Shown here piece after piece: positions 48,895-59,895 of a DNA stretch of 64,000 nucleotides. The DNA is taken from contig JAXGOI010000001.1 in the NCBI GenBank assembly GCA_040767605.1, positions 726,814-790,813 of the forward strand, written 5' to 3'. The position numbers were made by a program, and so were the translations under genes. Under the pieces are notes generated by a model. That model saw only the letters and a program-made list of their open reading frames with translations. It searched no databases and was not told the origin of the DNA. Numbering within the stretch: position 1 is the stretch's first letter; every line of letters begins with the position of its first letter. This DNA comes from Clostridiales bacterium. Its GTDB lineage: Bacteria; Bacillota; Dehalobacteriia; UBA4068.

Positions 48895-49554
48895 TTATTT
48901 AAGATATTCTTTTATATCATAATTTAAGGCCTCCATAAGCTCCCCTAAAAGCCGGGGGCAAAGCCCTACCACCGTATTATAATCCCCGCGGATTTCTTCA
49001 ATAAAAAGCCCTCCCTTACCCTGAATACCATAGGCCCCGGCCTTGTCAAAAGGCTCTTTGCTCTCCAGATACCAGTTAATCTCCTCCCTTTTTAAAGGGG
49101 CAAATTTAACCTCTGTAAAGCTAAAATTTGTTTGGGGGTCTTTGCCTCCATAAAGCAGGGACATCCCGGTATAAACCCTATGCCAGCTGCCGGAAAGAAG
49201 CTCAAGCATTTCCCTGGCTTCCTCTTTATTTCGGGGCTTACCCAATATGCGGCCTTCTTTAACCACAATGGTATCCGCCCCTAAAATTAAATAACCGGCC
49301 CCTATTTGCTTTCCCGCGGCTTTTGCCTTATTCTCTGCATTTAGGCAAACAATTTCCTCCGGGCTGCCGCTTGCAAGCTCAAGGCAATCCACAGCCATAA
49401 CTTTAGGCTCAAGGCCTAAATTACGGCAAATCTCCAAGCGGCGGGGGCTTGCGCTGGCCAAAACAAATACCGGCCTTTTATTGTTTTCTGTTTTATTGTT
49501 TTCTGTTTTATTGTTTTCTGTTTTATTATTTTCGCTTTTTTTATACCTATGCAC
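48895..49554 (-). CDS. maf: Maf-like nucleoside triphosphate pyrophosphatase with N-terminal (ENNKT)n repeat extension
   Basis: LASASPRR motif. GTG start at 49554, with an AAGGAG RBS 6 nt upstream. N-terminus is MHRYKKSENNKTENNKTENNKTENNK. Confidence 0.85.
   Translation of the reverse strand: MHRYKKSENNKTENNKTENNKTENNKRPVFVLASASPRRLEICRNLGLEPKVMAVDCLELASGSPEEIVCLNAENKAKAAGKQIGAGYLILGADTIVVKEGRILGKPRNKEEAREMLELLSGSWHRVYTGMSLLYGGKDPQTNFSFTEVKFAPLKREEINWYLESKEPFDKAGAYGIQGKGGLFIEEIRGDYNTVVGLCPRLLGELMEALNYDIKEYLK
49466..49525 (-). repeat. 15-bp tandem repeat (3 perfect copies plus 1 degenerate) inside the 5' end of maf
   Basis: Plus strand: TTTTATTGTTTTCTG three times, then TTTTATTATTTTCGC. In-frame, it encodes ENNKT repeats. 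Confidence 0.9.
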
Positions 49555-49603
49555 TATTTGCTCCTTAATAAATTACCCTTTTAAAAGCGGCTTTATAAAG
49601 ACA

Positions 49604-50911
49604 TTAATCATCCTGTATAACTTTTTCTCCCCTTTGCTCTAAAAACCAGGCCCGAGCCGGGGCCAATAAAAACAAAGAGCCGCAAATTAAAATTAAATCA
49701 TGAGGCTCCGCGTATTCTAAAGCCTTTTGGCAAGCCTTAGGGATATTCTCTTCCAATTCCGTTAAAACGCCTAAAGAAGAAAGAATCTCCCCGGTTTTTT
49801 GCCACTTGGCAGACCTTGCCCCGGCCTGAGGGCGGCTGACAACAGCCCGGCTTAAATAGGGGGCCAGATAAGCCAAAGAGGGGGATGCCGCCTTGTCATC
49901 CAGCATACCTAAAATGCCGATAATCCGGCGGCCCTTAATATAGGCGGGCAAAGCCCGGGCAAGGGCCAGCATACCCTCGGGGTTATGGGCGCCGTCTAAA
50001 AGTATTTCGGGCTCACCCGGTAAAAGCTCCATTCTCCCCGGCCAATAAGCCTGAGAAAGCCCGGCCCTTATTTGGCCGGGGGAAGCCCCGCAAAGCTCCC
50101 CGGCTGCCACAGCCAAAGCCCCATTATTTATTTGATGCCGCCCCAATAAAGGAATATATAACTCTTTATAATAGGCGCCTTCTGTTTTTACATTAAAATA
50201 CTGGCCTTTTTTATAATCTTCTTTTATTCCGGAAATTTGAATTTGCCTCCCCAGCGCCCAAAGGCCGGCCGCTTTTTTTCGGGCAATATCTTCAATTACT
50301 TTTAAGGCAGAACCCTCCGCCCCGGTAATCACAAAACCCTCCGGAGAGATAATCCCCCCCTTAGAGGTTGCTATTTCTTTAATAGTATTCCCTAAATAAG
50401 CCATATGGTCCATGCCTATATTTGTTATAACAGCCAAATTACCCCCGGCCGCCTTTGTAGAATCCAGCCCTCCCCCCAGCCCGGCCTCAAGTATGGTTTT
50501 TTGGGTTTTTTCTTTAGAGAACCAGCAAAGGGCAAGGGCAGTTTCAAATTCAAATTCTGTAGGAGTTTCAAGGCCGCGGCTTTTCATTATTTCAAGGCAA
50601 TCTTTAATTTCATTTATAATACAGATAAAATCCTCTTTACTTATAAATTCTCCGTTAACTTTAAAGCGCTCCCTGAAAGAATGAAGATGAGGAGATGTAT
50701 AAAGCCCGGTTTTAAAGCCCTGCCTGAGTATAGATTCTAACATAATACTGGTAGAGCCTTTGCCGTTTGTTCCGGCAATATGAATAATCTGGCCGATATT
50801 TTTTTGAGGATTATTTAAAAGCCCCAGTAATTTTTCTATTCTTTGCAGGCCTAAAATAATTCCGAACTTATTAAGCCCCTCTAAAAAATCAAGGCTCTGC
50901 CGGTAATCCAT
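49604..50911 (-). CDS. folC: Folylpolyglutamate synthase / dihydrofolate synthase
   Basis: P-loop GTNGKGST. 435 aa Mur-ligase fold. Confidence 0.9.
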   Translation of the reverse strand: MDYRQSLDFLEGLNKFGIILGLQRIEKLLGLLNNPQKNIGQIIHIAGTNGKGSTSIMLESILRQGFKTGLYTSPHLHSFRERFKVNGEFISKEDFICIINEIKDCLEIMKSRGLETPTEFEFETALALCWFSKEKTQKTILEAGLGGGLDSTKAAGGNLAVITNIGMDHMAYLGNTIKEIATSKGGIISPEGFVITGAEGSALKVIEDIARKKAAGLWALGRQIQISGIKEDYKKGQYFNVKTEGAYYKELYIPLLGRHQINNGALAVAAGELCGASPGQIRAGLSQAYWPGRMELLPGEPEILLDGAHNPEGMLALARALPAYIKGRRIIGILGMLDDKAASPSLAYLAPYLSRAVVSRPQAGARSAKWQKTGEILSSLGVLTELEENIPKACQKALEYAEPHDLILICGSLFLLAPARAWFLEQRGEKVIQDD

Positions 50912-51032
50912 ATATCCTCCCTTAATGCCGATAATATAAGCCTAATTATCTGCTTTTAAATACCAATAAGGGCAGAATGCAGCTTTTGCCTTCTCTGCCC
51001 CTACCTGTATTTAATAAAATATCCGGCTGGTT

Positions 51033-53699
51033 TTAATTTTTAAAAATCTCTAAACGCTGAGACAGCGCCTGCTTTTTAGATTTATATTCTTCTTCTTTGG
51101 CTTTTTCTTTTTCTATAACTTCCGCCGGGGCCTTAGCCAAAAAGCCCGGATTATTTAATTTGCCGGAAAGCCTTAAAATTTCCTTTTCCGCAGTGGCTAT
51201 TTCTTTTTCCAAGCGGGCAGCCTCTTTTTCTAAATCAATCAGGCCTTTTAAGGGCAGAAGAATATCTACCCCCCTAATATGGGCCGCAGCGGATTGAGGC
51301 GGAGCCTGGCTTTTTGGCGCGCCGATTAGAATATTTTCACATTGGGCCATGGCTTCAATATAAGCCCTGCCCTCCTCTAAAAGGGGAACAATTTCATCTG
51401 GAGCCAAAAGAATTAAATCCGCCTTTTTGCCGGGGGGTATATTCATCTCCCCCCGAATATTTCGGATGGCCTTAATAATCTCCATAATATGCCCCATTTT
51501 AGCCCTTTCGGAGGAATAATCCCATTCCTCCCCGCCCTGGGGGTAATTACTTAACATAATGGTTTCCCCCTCATGGGGCAGGGCCTGCCACAATTCCTCG
51601 GTTACAAAAGGAGTAAAGGGGTGGAGCAATTGAAGAATTTCCGTTAAAGCCCGGCATAATACAGTCTGAGCCGTATGCTTTTCTTCCAGGCTGCCCTTAT
51701 AAAGCCGGGCTTTTGCCAATTCCACATACCAATCGCAAAATTCATCCCAAATAAAATCATAAAGGCCGCGGGCGGCCTCGCCCAGCTCATATTTTTCCAT
51801 ATTGGCATTAACACTTTGGGCCGTTTCTTTTAAGCCCTGCAAAAGCCATTTATCCGCCAGATTAAGCTTTAAGGGGCAGGCATTTGGGGTATAATCCTCT
51901 AAATTCATTAAAGTAAAACGGGCGGCATTCCAGATTTTATTAATAAAATTACGGGAGGCCTCTAAACGCTCATGCTGAAAGCGAAGGTCATTGCCAGGGG
52001 TATTGCCGGTAACCAGCATAAAACGCAGGGTATCCGCGCCGTTTTTTTCTATAACCTCCAGAGGGTCTATACCATTGCCCAGAGATTTAGACATTTTACG
52101 CCCCTGCTCATCCCTAACCAAGCCATGAATAAACACATGCTTAAAAGGCTTTTCCCCCATTTGCTCAAGGCCGGAAAATATCATTCTGGCAACCCAGAAG
52201 AAAATAATATCATAAGCGGTTACCAAAACACTTGTGGGGTAAAAAGTTTTAAGAAGGGGGGTGTTTTCAGGCCAGCCTAAAGTTGAAAAAGGCCACAAAG
52301 CGGAGGAAAACCAGGTATCTAAAACATCCTGATCCTGCTCTAAATCTTTGCTGCCGCAGGCGGGGCAGCTTTTGGGGCTTTCTTTTACGCAAATTTCCTC
52401 TCCGCATTCTCTGCAATACCAAACGGGTATTCTATGGCCCCACCATAATTGGCGGGAAATACACCAATCCCGGATATTTTCCATCCAGCCTAAATAAATA
52501 TTGGCAAAACGCTGGGGTATAAAGCGAATATCCCCATTTTCCGCAGCCTCCATGGCAGGGGCGGCTAAAGGCTTCATCTTTACAAACCATTGAGGAGAAA
52601 TTAAAGGCTCCACCACGGTTTTACAGCGATAGCATTCCCCAACGGCATGCTCTATTTCTTTTATTTCTCCTAAAAGGCCTAAGGCATTTAAATCTTCCAC
52701 AACTTTTTCGCGGCATTTTAAGCTATCCATGCCGGAATAAGCGCCGGCCTCCTTTGTCATTTTTCCGTCCTGGCCTATTACATTTATTTGGGGCAAATGA
52801 TGGCGCAGGCCCATTTCAAAATCATTAGGGTCGTGGGAGGGGGTTATTTTAACCGCCCCTGTGCCAAATTCCGGGTCTACATAGGCATCGGCAATAATAG
52901 GGATTTCCCTGTTTAATAAAGGCAAAATAACCGTTTTGCCTATTTTATCTTTATATCTTTCATCCTCGGGGTGAACCGCCACGGCGGTATCCCCCAGCAT
53001 TGTTTCAGGCCTGGTGGTGGCAACAATTATATAGCCGCTGCCATCGGCATAGGGGTAGCGCAGCTCCCATAAATTACCGGCTTTATTGCTATGCTCCACC
53101 TCAATATCGGAAATTGTTGTATGGCAATTACTGCACCAATTTACAATATAGCTGCCCCGGTAAATAAGCCCTTTATTATAGAGGTTTACAAAAACCTCAT
53201 TAACTGCCCGGGAGCAGCCCTCATCCAAAGTAAAACGCTCTTTATCCCAATCGCAGGAGCTCCCTAAAAGCCGCAGCTGCTTGCTGATGCGGGCATGGTA
53301 TTTATCCTTCCATTCCCAGGTTTTTTTTAAAAAGGCCTCTCTGCCAATATCATATTTGCTTAGGCCTTCCTCAGCCAGGCTTTCCTCCACCTTGGCCTGG
53401 GTGGCAATACCGGCATGGTCCGTCCCGGGCAGCCATAAAGTGCGCCTGCCCTGCATACGCCGCCAACGGGTTAAAATATCCTGAATGGTATTATCCAGGG
53501 CATGCCCCATATGAAGCTGCCCCGTAACATTAGGCGGGGGCATTACAATAGAAAAGGGCTCCCCCTTTGGGTTTATTTCGCTGCTGAAAAAGCCCCCCTT
53601 CTCCCAAAAATCATACCACTTGCCTTCAACCTCATTAGGCTGATAAACCGTGGAAAGCCGGTAAAGGGCTGTGTTTTGATTATTCGTACCGCTGGGCAT
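51033..53699 (-). CDS. valS: Valyl-tRNA synthetase
   Basis: HIGH-type motif (PNVTGQLHMGHAL). KMSKS. C-terminal coiled-coil. 888 aa. Confidence 0.95.
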   Translation of the reverse strand: MPSGTNNQNTALYRLSTVYQPNEVEGKWYDFWEKGGFFSSEINPKGEPFSIVMPPPNVTGQLHMGHALDNTIQDILTRWRRMQGRRTLWLPGTDHAGIATQAKVEESLAEEGLSKYDIGREAFLKKTWEWKDKYHARISKQLRLLGSSCDWDKERFTLDEGCSRAVNEVFVNLYNKGLIYRGSYIVNWCSNCHTTISDIEVEHSNKAGNLWELRYPYADGSGYIIVATTRPETMLGDTAVAVHPEDERYKDKIGKTVILPLLNREIPIIADAYVDPEFGTGAVKITPSHDPNDFEMGLRHHLPQINVIGQDGKMTKEAGAYSGMDSLKCREKVVEDLNALGLLGEIKEIEHAVGECYRCKTVVEPLISPQWFVKMKPLAAPAMEAAENGDIRFIPQRFANIYLGWMENIRDWCISRQLWWGHRIPVWYCRECGEEICVKESPKSCPACGSKDLEQDQDVLDTWFSSALWPFSTLGWPENTPLLKTFYPTSVLVTAYDIIFFWVARMIFSGLEQMGEKPFKHVFIHGLVRDEQGRKMSKSLGNGIDPLEVIEKNGADTLRFMLVTGNTPGNDLRFQHERLEASRNFINKIWNAARFTLMNLEDYTPNACPLKLNLADKWLLQGLKETAQSVNANMEKYELGEAARGLYDFIWDEFCDWYVELAKARLYKGSLEEKHTAQTVLCRALTEILQLLHPFTPFVTEELWQALPHEGETIMLSNYPQGGEEWDYSSERAKMGHIMEIIKAIRNIRGEMNIPPGKKADLILLAPDEIVPLLEEGRAYIEAMAQCENILIGAPKSQAPPQSAAAHIRGVDILLPLKGLIDLEKEAARLEKEIATAEKEILRLSGKLNNPGFLAKAPAEVIEKEKAKEEEYKSKKQALSQRLEIFKN

Positions 53700-53905
53700 A
53701 AGCTACCTCTTTTCATTTCCATAATTATAGTGGCAATATTTTAAAGCAAGCTAAAACGGCTTGTCCGTACTTATTTTAATTATAAATCCCTAAATTTAAG
53801 AGCTTACGCTTAATTTAAGCCTTAGGGGCGTATTAATAACCCCAAAGATTAAATGTTCCACCAAAGCCCCGAATTTCCTCCCTATTTGGGGAATAATAGC
53901 CTAAT

Positions 53906-54283
53906 TTATTGGGGAGTATCCCCTTTAGCCTTGGCCAGGCGTAAATTCAGGCCAAAAATTCCCCCCAGGGCCCCTGCCGGCAAAGAATAAGCCAGGCTGA
54001 GAATAATTGCCTCCGCCGCTAAAAGCCGGGGCAAAAACCAAAGCAGGCAAATTATTTTTAAGGCCCATAAAATAAAGGCAGAAAGAGCGCCATCCCGCCA
54101 GGGGCGGCTTGGGCTATGCCACCCGGCAAAAATTCCGGCAATTGCCGGTAAAGACCAGGCCCAAAAAGAGAATAAACCGGCAAAGGGTAAAGCCTCATTT
54201 GTCAAAGAGCCTGCCAAATACCCTATAAGGGCAATAAAACCCGTCAAAATAAGGGCCGCTTTTAAACCCTTATAAACTCCCAT
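53906..54283 (-). CDS. Small integral membrane protein (4 predicted TM helices), function unknown
   Basis: 125 aa, very hydrophobic. Own terminator-like hairpin downstream. Confidence 0.5.
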   Translation of the reverse strand: MGVYKGLKAALILTGFIALIGYLAGSLTNEALPFAGLFSFWAWSLPAIAGIFAGWHSPSRPWRDGALSAFILWALKIICLLWFLPRLLAAEAIILSLAYSLPAGALGGIFGLNLRLAKAKGDTPQ

Positions 54284-54383
54284 AATAGCACCTCAAAACA
54301 GTTTATTCTCCCTCAATTTATGCCTATACCTCTTATTTTATGCAAAAGATAATTTGTTTTTTTATAAGCAGCGGGAATAAAAG

Positions 54384-54406
54384 AGCAGCGGCAAAAGCCG
54401 CTGCTG
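54384..54406 (-). terminator. Rho-independent terminator after ysxC
   Basis: Minus-strand AGCAGCGGC-ttttg-CCGCTGCT followed by CTTTTATT. Confidence 0.6.
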
Positions 54407-54419
54407 ATTTAATTTCTTT

Positions 54420-55082
54420 TTATTCAGGCGCTAAAAAATCTTTAATCAGGGCCAGTGCCTCTTCCCTGCCCTCCCTTGTAACGGCAGAGAAGGGGATAAT
54501 CTCATCCCGGCTTATGCCAAGTTCCTCCCCGAGGGTTTGCAAATGTTTTGCTCTTGCCCCCCGGGAAATTTTATCGGCCTTGGCGGCAATAACTTTTAAG
54601 GGGTAGCCCTCCCCCCGTAAAATATCAAACATGGCAAAATCTTCTTTAGAGGGGGCATGGCGAATATCCATCAGCTGAAAGCAAAATTTATCCTCCGGCC
54701 GCTCCGCCAGAAAAACCTCGATTATTTCCAGCCAGGCCGCCCTTTCTTTTTTTGAGACCTTGGCATAGCCATAGCCGGGTAAATCTACCATATGCCAGCT
54801 TAAACCCAATTCATCTTTAGTTTTAGCCTCTACTAAATAAAAGTTTAAAAGCCTTGTTTTGCCGGGGGCGGAAGATGTTCTCGCCAAGGCTTTGCGGTTT
54901 ATTAAAGTATTTATAAAAGAAGATTTACCAGCATTGGAGCGGCCGAATAAAGCTATTTGCTTTAATAATTCAGGGGGGTATTGGCTTTTATTTACCGCAC
55001 TGGCTGCCAGTGAAGCATTAATTATTTTCAAAACTTTACCTCCTGCCCCAAAAATAAGCTTATCGCGTTTTTTTATTCGCAA
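54420..55082 (-). CDS. ysxC: Ribosome biogenesis GTPase YsxC/EngB
   Basis: G1 motif GRSNAGKSS. Conserved position downstream of lon. It overlaps the lon 3' end by 10 nt. Confidence 0.9.
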   Translation of the reverse strand: MRIKKRDKLIFGAGGKVLKIINASLAASAVNKSQYPPELLKQIALFGRSNAGKSSFINTLINRKALARTSSAPGKTRLLNFYLVEAKTKDELGLSWHMVDLPGYGYAKVSKKERAAWLEIIEVFLAERPEDKFCFQLMDIRHAPSKEDFAMFDILRGEGYPLKVIAAKADKISRGARAKHLQTLGEELGISRDEIIPFSAVTREGREEALALIKDFLAPE

Positions 55083-57655
55083 ATTTTCTCTGTTTTGGCT
55101 TCGGGCTTGGCTTTCTTTTTGCCTTTGCCGGGGGCTTTTAAATCCGCCCCTTTATTTTGAGAAGGTAAAAGCGCCAGCTTAAGAACCTCCTCCATAGAGG
55201 AAACAAAATGGAATTTTATTTTCTTTAAAACATCCGCCGGCAATTCTTCTAAATCTTTCTCATTATCTCTGGGAAGGATAATTTCCAGGCAATCCCCCCG
55301 GTAGGCGGCTAAAACCTTTTCTTTTATGCCTCCCACCGGCAAAACTCTGCCCCTTAGGGTAACCTCTCCCGTCATGGCTAAATCCGCCCGGATTGGCCTT
55401 GCCGTAAGCTGGGAGGCTATTGCCGTCGCCATAGTAATCCCCGCGGAGGGCCCGTCTTTAGGGATAGCCCCTTCCGGAACATGGATATGAAAATCTGTAT
55501 TTTCCTCAATATTATCTGCAATGCCCAGCTCTTTACTGATGGAGCGAATATAGGTAAAGCCGGCCTGAACACTTTCTTTCATAACATCCCCCAGCTGGCC
55601 GGTAATGGTTATTTTGCCTTTGCCGGGTAAGGTTTGCACCTCAATTAAAAGCAGCTCTCCTCCAACTTCCGTCCAGGCCAGCCCTGTTGCTACCCCAATT
55701 TGGTTTTCTTCCAGCCTTTTGCTGCTCCGGTATTTTATTTGGCCTAAATAATATTTTAATTTTTCCGGGGTAACTATAAAGGGAGGCTTCTCCCCTGCCA
55801 CTAAATCCCGGCCGGCCCTGCGGCAGATTTTTGCAATTCTTCTTTCCAGCTCCCGAACTCCCGCCTCCCTTGTATAAGAAAGTATGGTTTCTCTTATGGC
55901 CTCCGGGGTAATTTGTAATTGGGCACTTTTCAGGCCATGCTCTTTAAGCTGCTTGGGCACTAAATGCCTAATGGCTATTTGCAGCTTTTCTTCTTCCGTA
56001 TAGCTGCTTATATTAATAATCTCCATTCTGTCTAAAAGAGGGCGGGGAATATCATATATTATATTAGCCGTTGTAATAAACATAACTTTGGAAAGATCAA
56101 AGGGGGCCTCAATATAATGATCACTAAAGGTATTATTCTGCTCCGGATCCAATGCCTCCAAAAGAGCGCTGGCGGGGTCTCCCCTAAAATCGCTGCTGAG
56201 CTTATCTATTTCATCTAAAAGGAATAAGGGGTTTGCGGTGCCGGCCTGCTTAATATTTTGAATTATCCTCCCGGGCATTGAGCCGATATAGGTACGGCGA
56301 TGGCCTCTGATTTCCGCCTCATCCCTAACCCCCCCTAAAGACATGCGCACAAATTTGCGCCCCAAAGCCCGGGCAATAGAGCGGGCTAAAGAGGTTTTAC
56401 CCACCCCCGGGGGGCCTACAAAGCAAAGAATAGGCCCTTTTAAGCCTTTAGTCAGCTTGCAGCTGGCTAAATATTCAATTATCCTTTCTTTAGCCTTAGT
56501 CAGCCCATAATGGTCCTCGTCTAAAATCGCCTCGGCCCGGGCTATATTTAATCTGTCCCGGGTTTTTTTATTCCAGGGCAAAGCCAGTATCCAATCTATA
56601 TAATTTCTAACCACCATGGCTTCGGCCACCATAGGGGGCATTTTCTCCAGCCTCTCCAGCTCTTTATTTACTCTATCCAGAGTTTCTTTAGGCAAATTGG
56701 CCTGCTGGATTTTAACTTTAAGCTCTTCAACCTCGGCAGTTCTGTCGTCCTTATCTCCCAATTCCTTTTGAATAGCCTTAATTTGCTCCCGCAAATAATA
56801 CTCTTTTTGGCTTTTCTCCATTTGCTGGCGAACCCGACTGGCAATTCTGCGGTCCAACTCTAAAATTTCCATTTCCGTATTTATTAAATCAATCAGCAGG
56901 GTAATCCTTTTATTAACAGAAAGCTCCTCCAAAACGGCCTGACGGTCACTAAGCTTAAGCGTTAAGGAGGCGGCAATTAAATCCGCGTAGCGATTAGGCT
57001 CTTCGATGGTAGAAAGATTAATTAAAACCTCGGGGGAAATTTTTTTGCTGCTTTTGGCATATTCTTCAAAGCGGCTGCCTAAAACCCTCATTAAGGCATT
57101 AATTTCTTTATCGCCGGCGGTATAATATTCCCGCCCCTCTGTAATATCGGCAATAATATAGGGCTCGTACTGCTTATAGCTTTGCAGCTCCCCCCGGTAA
57201 AGCCCTTCCGCTAAAATACGAATGGTGCCCCCCGGCATTTTAATAAGCTGGCGCACATAAACAACTGTACCGATATTATATATATCATCCAAATCGGGCT
57301 CATCAATTTGAGGGTCTTTTTGCATGGCAAGGAAAAGCAAAGGCTCGCTTTCCTTCATTGCCTCCTCAATGGCATTTATAGAGCGCTCCCGCCCCACATC
57401 CAAATGAACCATCATATAGGGGTAAACCATCATGCCCCTTAAGGGCAGCATAGGCAGGGTAATTTGCCTGGCCTCATCCTTGGGGCTTATTTCCTCATAT
57501 GTATCGGTGTTTTTATCGGCCTTTTCGGCCTTATCGGCATTTTCAAGGGTTTTCCCCCGGGGGACTGTTTTAAAAGTATCCTGAGGCAAATTAGACTCCG
57601 CCTCGGCGGTTTTTCCCCTCTTCCCTTTTATTTTGCCGTATTCATCCTTTGTCAT
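55073..57655 (-). CDS. lon: ATP-dependent protease Lon
   Basis: LON N-domain, Walker [10 protein letters not shown] and protease Ser in PKDGPSAG. The likely start is the ATG at 57655 (MTKDEYG), with an AGGAGGG RBS. The track ORF extends to 57703. Confidence 0.95.
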   Translation of the reverse strand: MTKDEYGKIKGKRGKTAEAESNLPQDTFKTVPRGKTLENADKAEKADKNTDTYEEISPKDEARQITLPMLPLRGMMVYPYMMVHLDVGRERSINAIEEAMKESEPLLFLAMQKDPQIDEPDLDDIYNIGTVVYVRQLIKMPGGTIRILAEGLYRGELQSYKQYEPYIIADITEGREYYTAGDKEINALMRVLGSRFEEYAKSSKKISPEVLINLSTIEEPNRYADLIAASLTLKLSDRQAVLEELSVNKRITLLIDLINTEMEILELDRRIASRVRQQMEKSQKEYYLREQIKAIQKELGDKDDRTAEVEELKVKIQQANLPKETLDRVNKELERLEKMPPMVAEAMVVRNYIDWILALPWNKKTRDRLNIARAEAILDEDHYGLTKAKERIIEYLASCKLTKGLKGPILCFVGPPGVGKTSLARSIARALGRKFVRMSLGGVRDEAEIRGHRRTYIGSMPGRIIQNIKQAGTANPLFLLDEIDKLSSDFRGDPASALLEALDPEQNNTFSDHYIEAPFDLSKVMFITTANIIYDIPRPLLDRMEIINISSYTEEEKLQIAIRHLVPKQLKEHGLKSAQLQITPEAIRETILSYTREAGVRELERRIAKICRRAGRDLVAGEKPPFIVTPEKLKYYLGQIKYRSSKRLEENQIGVATGLAWTEVGGELLLIEVQTLPGKGKITITGQLGDVMKESVQAGFTYIRSISKELGIADNIEENTDFHIHVPEGAIPKDGPSAGITMATAIASQLTARPIRADLAMTGEVTLRGRVLPVGGIKEKVLAAYRGDCLEIILPRDNEKDLEELPADVLKKIKFHFVSSMEEVLKLALLPSQNKGADLKAPGKGKKKAKPEAKTEKICE

Positions 57656-57861
57656 GTTCCCTCCTGTTTTACATTTACAATAATTACGAATATATTTTAC
57701 CATAAACTAAACTTTATGCAAAGCTCCAACTCTTGCCAAAGGGGTTTTTGCTTTTTAAAATACCTTTTAGATAAAGGCTGTTTGGGCCTTTCTCTGTTTA
57801 CTTACTATATTATTGAGGAAACAATTAAAAGTTCCCACCCTAATATAAAGCCAAAAAGAAA

Positions 57862-57888
57862 AGCCGGGCGCCGTAACCGGCCCCGGCC
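57862..57888 (-). terminator. Rho-independent terminator after clpX
   Basis: Minus-strand GC-rich hairpin (GCCGGGGCC…GGCGCCCGGC) followed by TTTTCTTTTTGG. Confidence 0.6.
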
Positions 57889-57899
57889 TCTGCTTATTT

Positions 57900-59159
57900 T
57901 CAGGCAGTTTCATCATGGGCTTTTTTGCCTATCCCCGAGGATAAAAGCAGGGGTTTTTCTTTTTTCTCCACTACCTCTTTAGTAACTATGCATTTATAAA
58001 CCTGAGGCTGGGAGGGAATATCAAACATTACATCCAGCATTAAGCTTTCTAAAATAGCCCGCAAGCCTCTGGCCCCGGTATTTCTGGCAATAGCCTCCCT
58101 GGCAATGGCCTCCAAAGCGTCTTCTTTAAATTCTAAAGCAACATTATCCATTTCCAATAATTTGCTGTATTGCTTAATAAGAGCATTCTTAGGCTCGGTA
58201 AGGATTCTGACTAAATCCTCCTCGCTTAAGGCATCCAAAGTTACAATAATAGGCAGCCTCCCTACAAATTCCGGGATAAGGCCGAATTTAAGCAAATCCT
58301 CCGGGAGAATTTTACTTAAAATATTATCTTTTAAGGCGCTTTTTTTACTTTTAATCTCAGAGCCGAAACCCATGGTATTTTTACCCAAGCGGTTTTGAAT
58401 TATATTTTCGATACCGCCGAAAGCCCCGCCGCAGATAAAAAGAATATTTGTGGTATCCAGCTGGATAAACTCCTGATGAGGATGCTTGCGCCCCCCTTGG
58501 GGAGGTACGCTTGCAACGGTGCCCTCAAGAATTTTTAATAAGGTCTGCTGCACGCCTTCGCCGGAAACATCCCGGGTAATAGAGGGGTTTTCCGACTTTC
58601 TGGCGATTTTATCTATTTCATCTATATAGATTATGCCTCTTTCGGCCCGCTCTATATCAAAATCGGCGGCCTGAATAAGCTTGAGCAGAATATTTTCAAC
58701 ATCCTCCCCAACATATCCGGCCTCTGTTAAAGAGGTGGCATCGGCAACGGCAAAAGGCACATTAATAACCTTGGCCAGAGTTTCCGCCAAAAGGGTTTTG
58801 CCGCAGCCTGTGGGCCCCAGCATAACAATATTGCTCTTTTGCAATTCCACCTCTCCGGTATTTTCATAGGCTATACGCTTATAATGATTATAAACGGCAA
58901 CCGCCAAAGAGCGCTTGGCCCCTTCCTGGCTTATTACATATTGGTCAAGAATATCCTTAATTTCCTGCGGTTTGGGTAATTCGGCCTTTTCTTCCTCATT
59001 ATTGATTTGCGTATCATCATCAATTATTTCATTGCAAAGATCCACACACTCATTGCATATATAGGCCCCGGGGCCTGCAATAAGCCTTCTGACCTGGCTT
59101 TGGGTTTTACCGCAAAAAGAGCATTTTGGGGTTGTTTTTTCATCAACGGTTTTGCTCAT
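57900..59159 (-). CDS. clpX: ATP-dependent Clp protease ATP-binding subunit ClpX
   Basis: N-terminal Zn finger (CSFCGK…CNEC). Walker A GPTGCGKT. Confidence 0.95.
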   Translation of the reverse strand: MSKTVDEKTTPKCSFCGKTQSQVRRLIAGPGAYICNECVDLCNEIIDDDTQINNEEEKAELPKPQEIKDILDQYVISQEGAKRSLAVAVYNHYKRIAYENTGEVELQKSNIVMLGPTGCGKTLLAETLAKVINVPFAVADATSLTEAGYVGEDVENILLKLIQAADFDIERAERGIIYIDEIDKIARKSENPSITRDVSGEGVQQTLLKILEGTVASVPPQGGRKHPHQEFIQLDTTNILFICGGAFGGIENIIQNRLGKNTMGFGSEIKSKKSALKDNILSKILPEDLLKFGLIPEFVGRLPIIVTLDALSEEDLVRILTEPKNALIKQYSKLLEMDNVALEFKEDALEAIAREAIARNTGARGLRAILESLMLDVMFDIPSQPQVYKCIVTKEVVEKKEKPLLLSSGIGKKAHDETA

Positions 59160-59163
59160 TTAC

Positions 59164-59766
59164 TCACCTCTGTTTCTCTTCCCTGCGATGGGCTAAAACC
59201 CTGTCTACCAGCCCATACTCCTTAGCTTCTTCTGCACTCATAAAGAAATCCCTATCGGTGTCTTTGGCAATCTTTTCTAAAGGCTGGCCGGTGCGGGCAG
59301 ATAAGATTTTATTGATTTCATCCCTGGTACGGATAATTCTTTTGGCATGAATTTCAATATCCGAGGCCTGGCCTTGGGCCCCGCCCATAGGCTGATGTAT
59401 CATAATTTCGCTGTTTGGGAGGGCAAGCCTTTTACCCTCTGTTCCCGCCGCCAGCAGAAATGCCCCCATACTCGCCGCCATACCAAGGCAAATAGTAGAT
59501 ACATCACAGCAAATATACTGCATGGTATCATAAATTGCCATGCCTGCCGTTACGGAGCCCCCCGGGCTGTTAATATAAACACGAATATCCTTATCCGGGT
59601 CTTCCGCTTCTAAAAAAAGCATTTGGGCAATTACCAGGTTGGCAACGGTATCATCAATTGCCGTACCTAAAAAGATTACCCTGTCTTTAAGCAGGCGGGA
59701 ATAAATATCATAGGAGCGCTCGCCCCTGTTAGTTTGCTCTATAACCATTGGTACTAGCATACCCAT
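59164..59766 (-). CDS. clpP: ATP-dependent Clp protease proteolytic subunit ClpP
   Basis: Catalytic Ser in [11 protein letters not shown] and His in IMIHQP. Confidence 0.95.
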   Translation of the reverse strand: MGMLVPMVIEQTNRGERSYDIYSRLLKDRVIFLGTAIDDTVANLVIAQMLFLEAEDPDKDIRVYINSPGGSVTAGMAIYDTMQYICCDVSTICLGMAASMGAFLLAAGTEGKRLALPNSEIMIHQPMGGAQGQASDIEIHAKRIIRTRDEINKILSARTGQPLEKIAKDTDRDFFMSAEEAKEYGLVDRVLAHRREEKQR

Positions 59767-59895
59767 AATTTAAGCCCCCTTTTGCTACAAAATTTATACC
59801 CATACTTCAGGCTAAATATACACGATTTTTTCAGCTTATTTTTTCAGCTTATTTTTTAGCCTGTTTTTTTAGGGTTTTTTGTATTTTTAAGCCGC

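Noticed and set aside
53851-53890. T-box riboswitch upstream of valS
   Set aside because: Only a partial GGTGGAAC resemblance is present. The conserved ACCGCG continuation and an antiterminator/terminator pair were not found by eye. This needs a CM search, so it is not called.
59767-59895. CtsR operator upstream of clpP
   Set aside because: No GGTCAAA direct heptad repeats are present. Only a CAGCTTATTTTTT duplication is seen.
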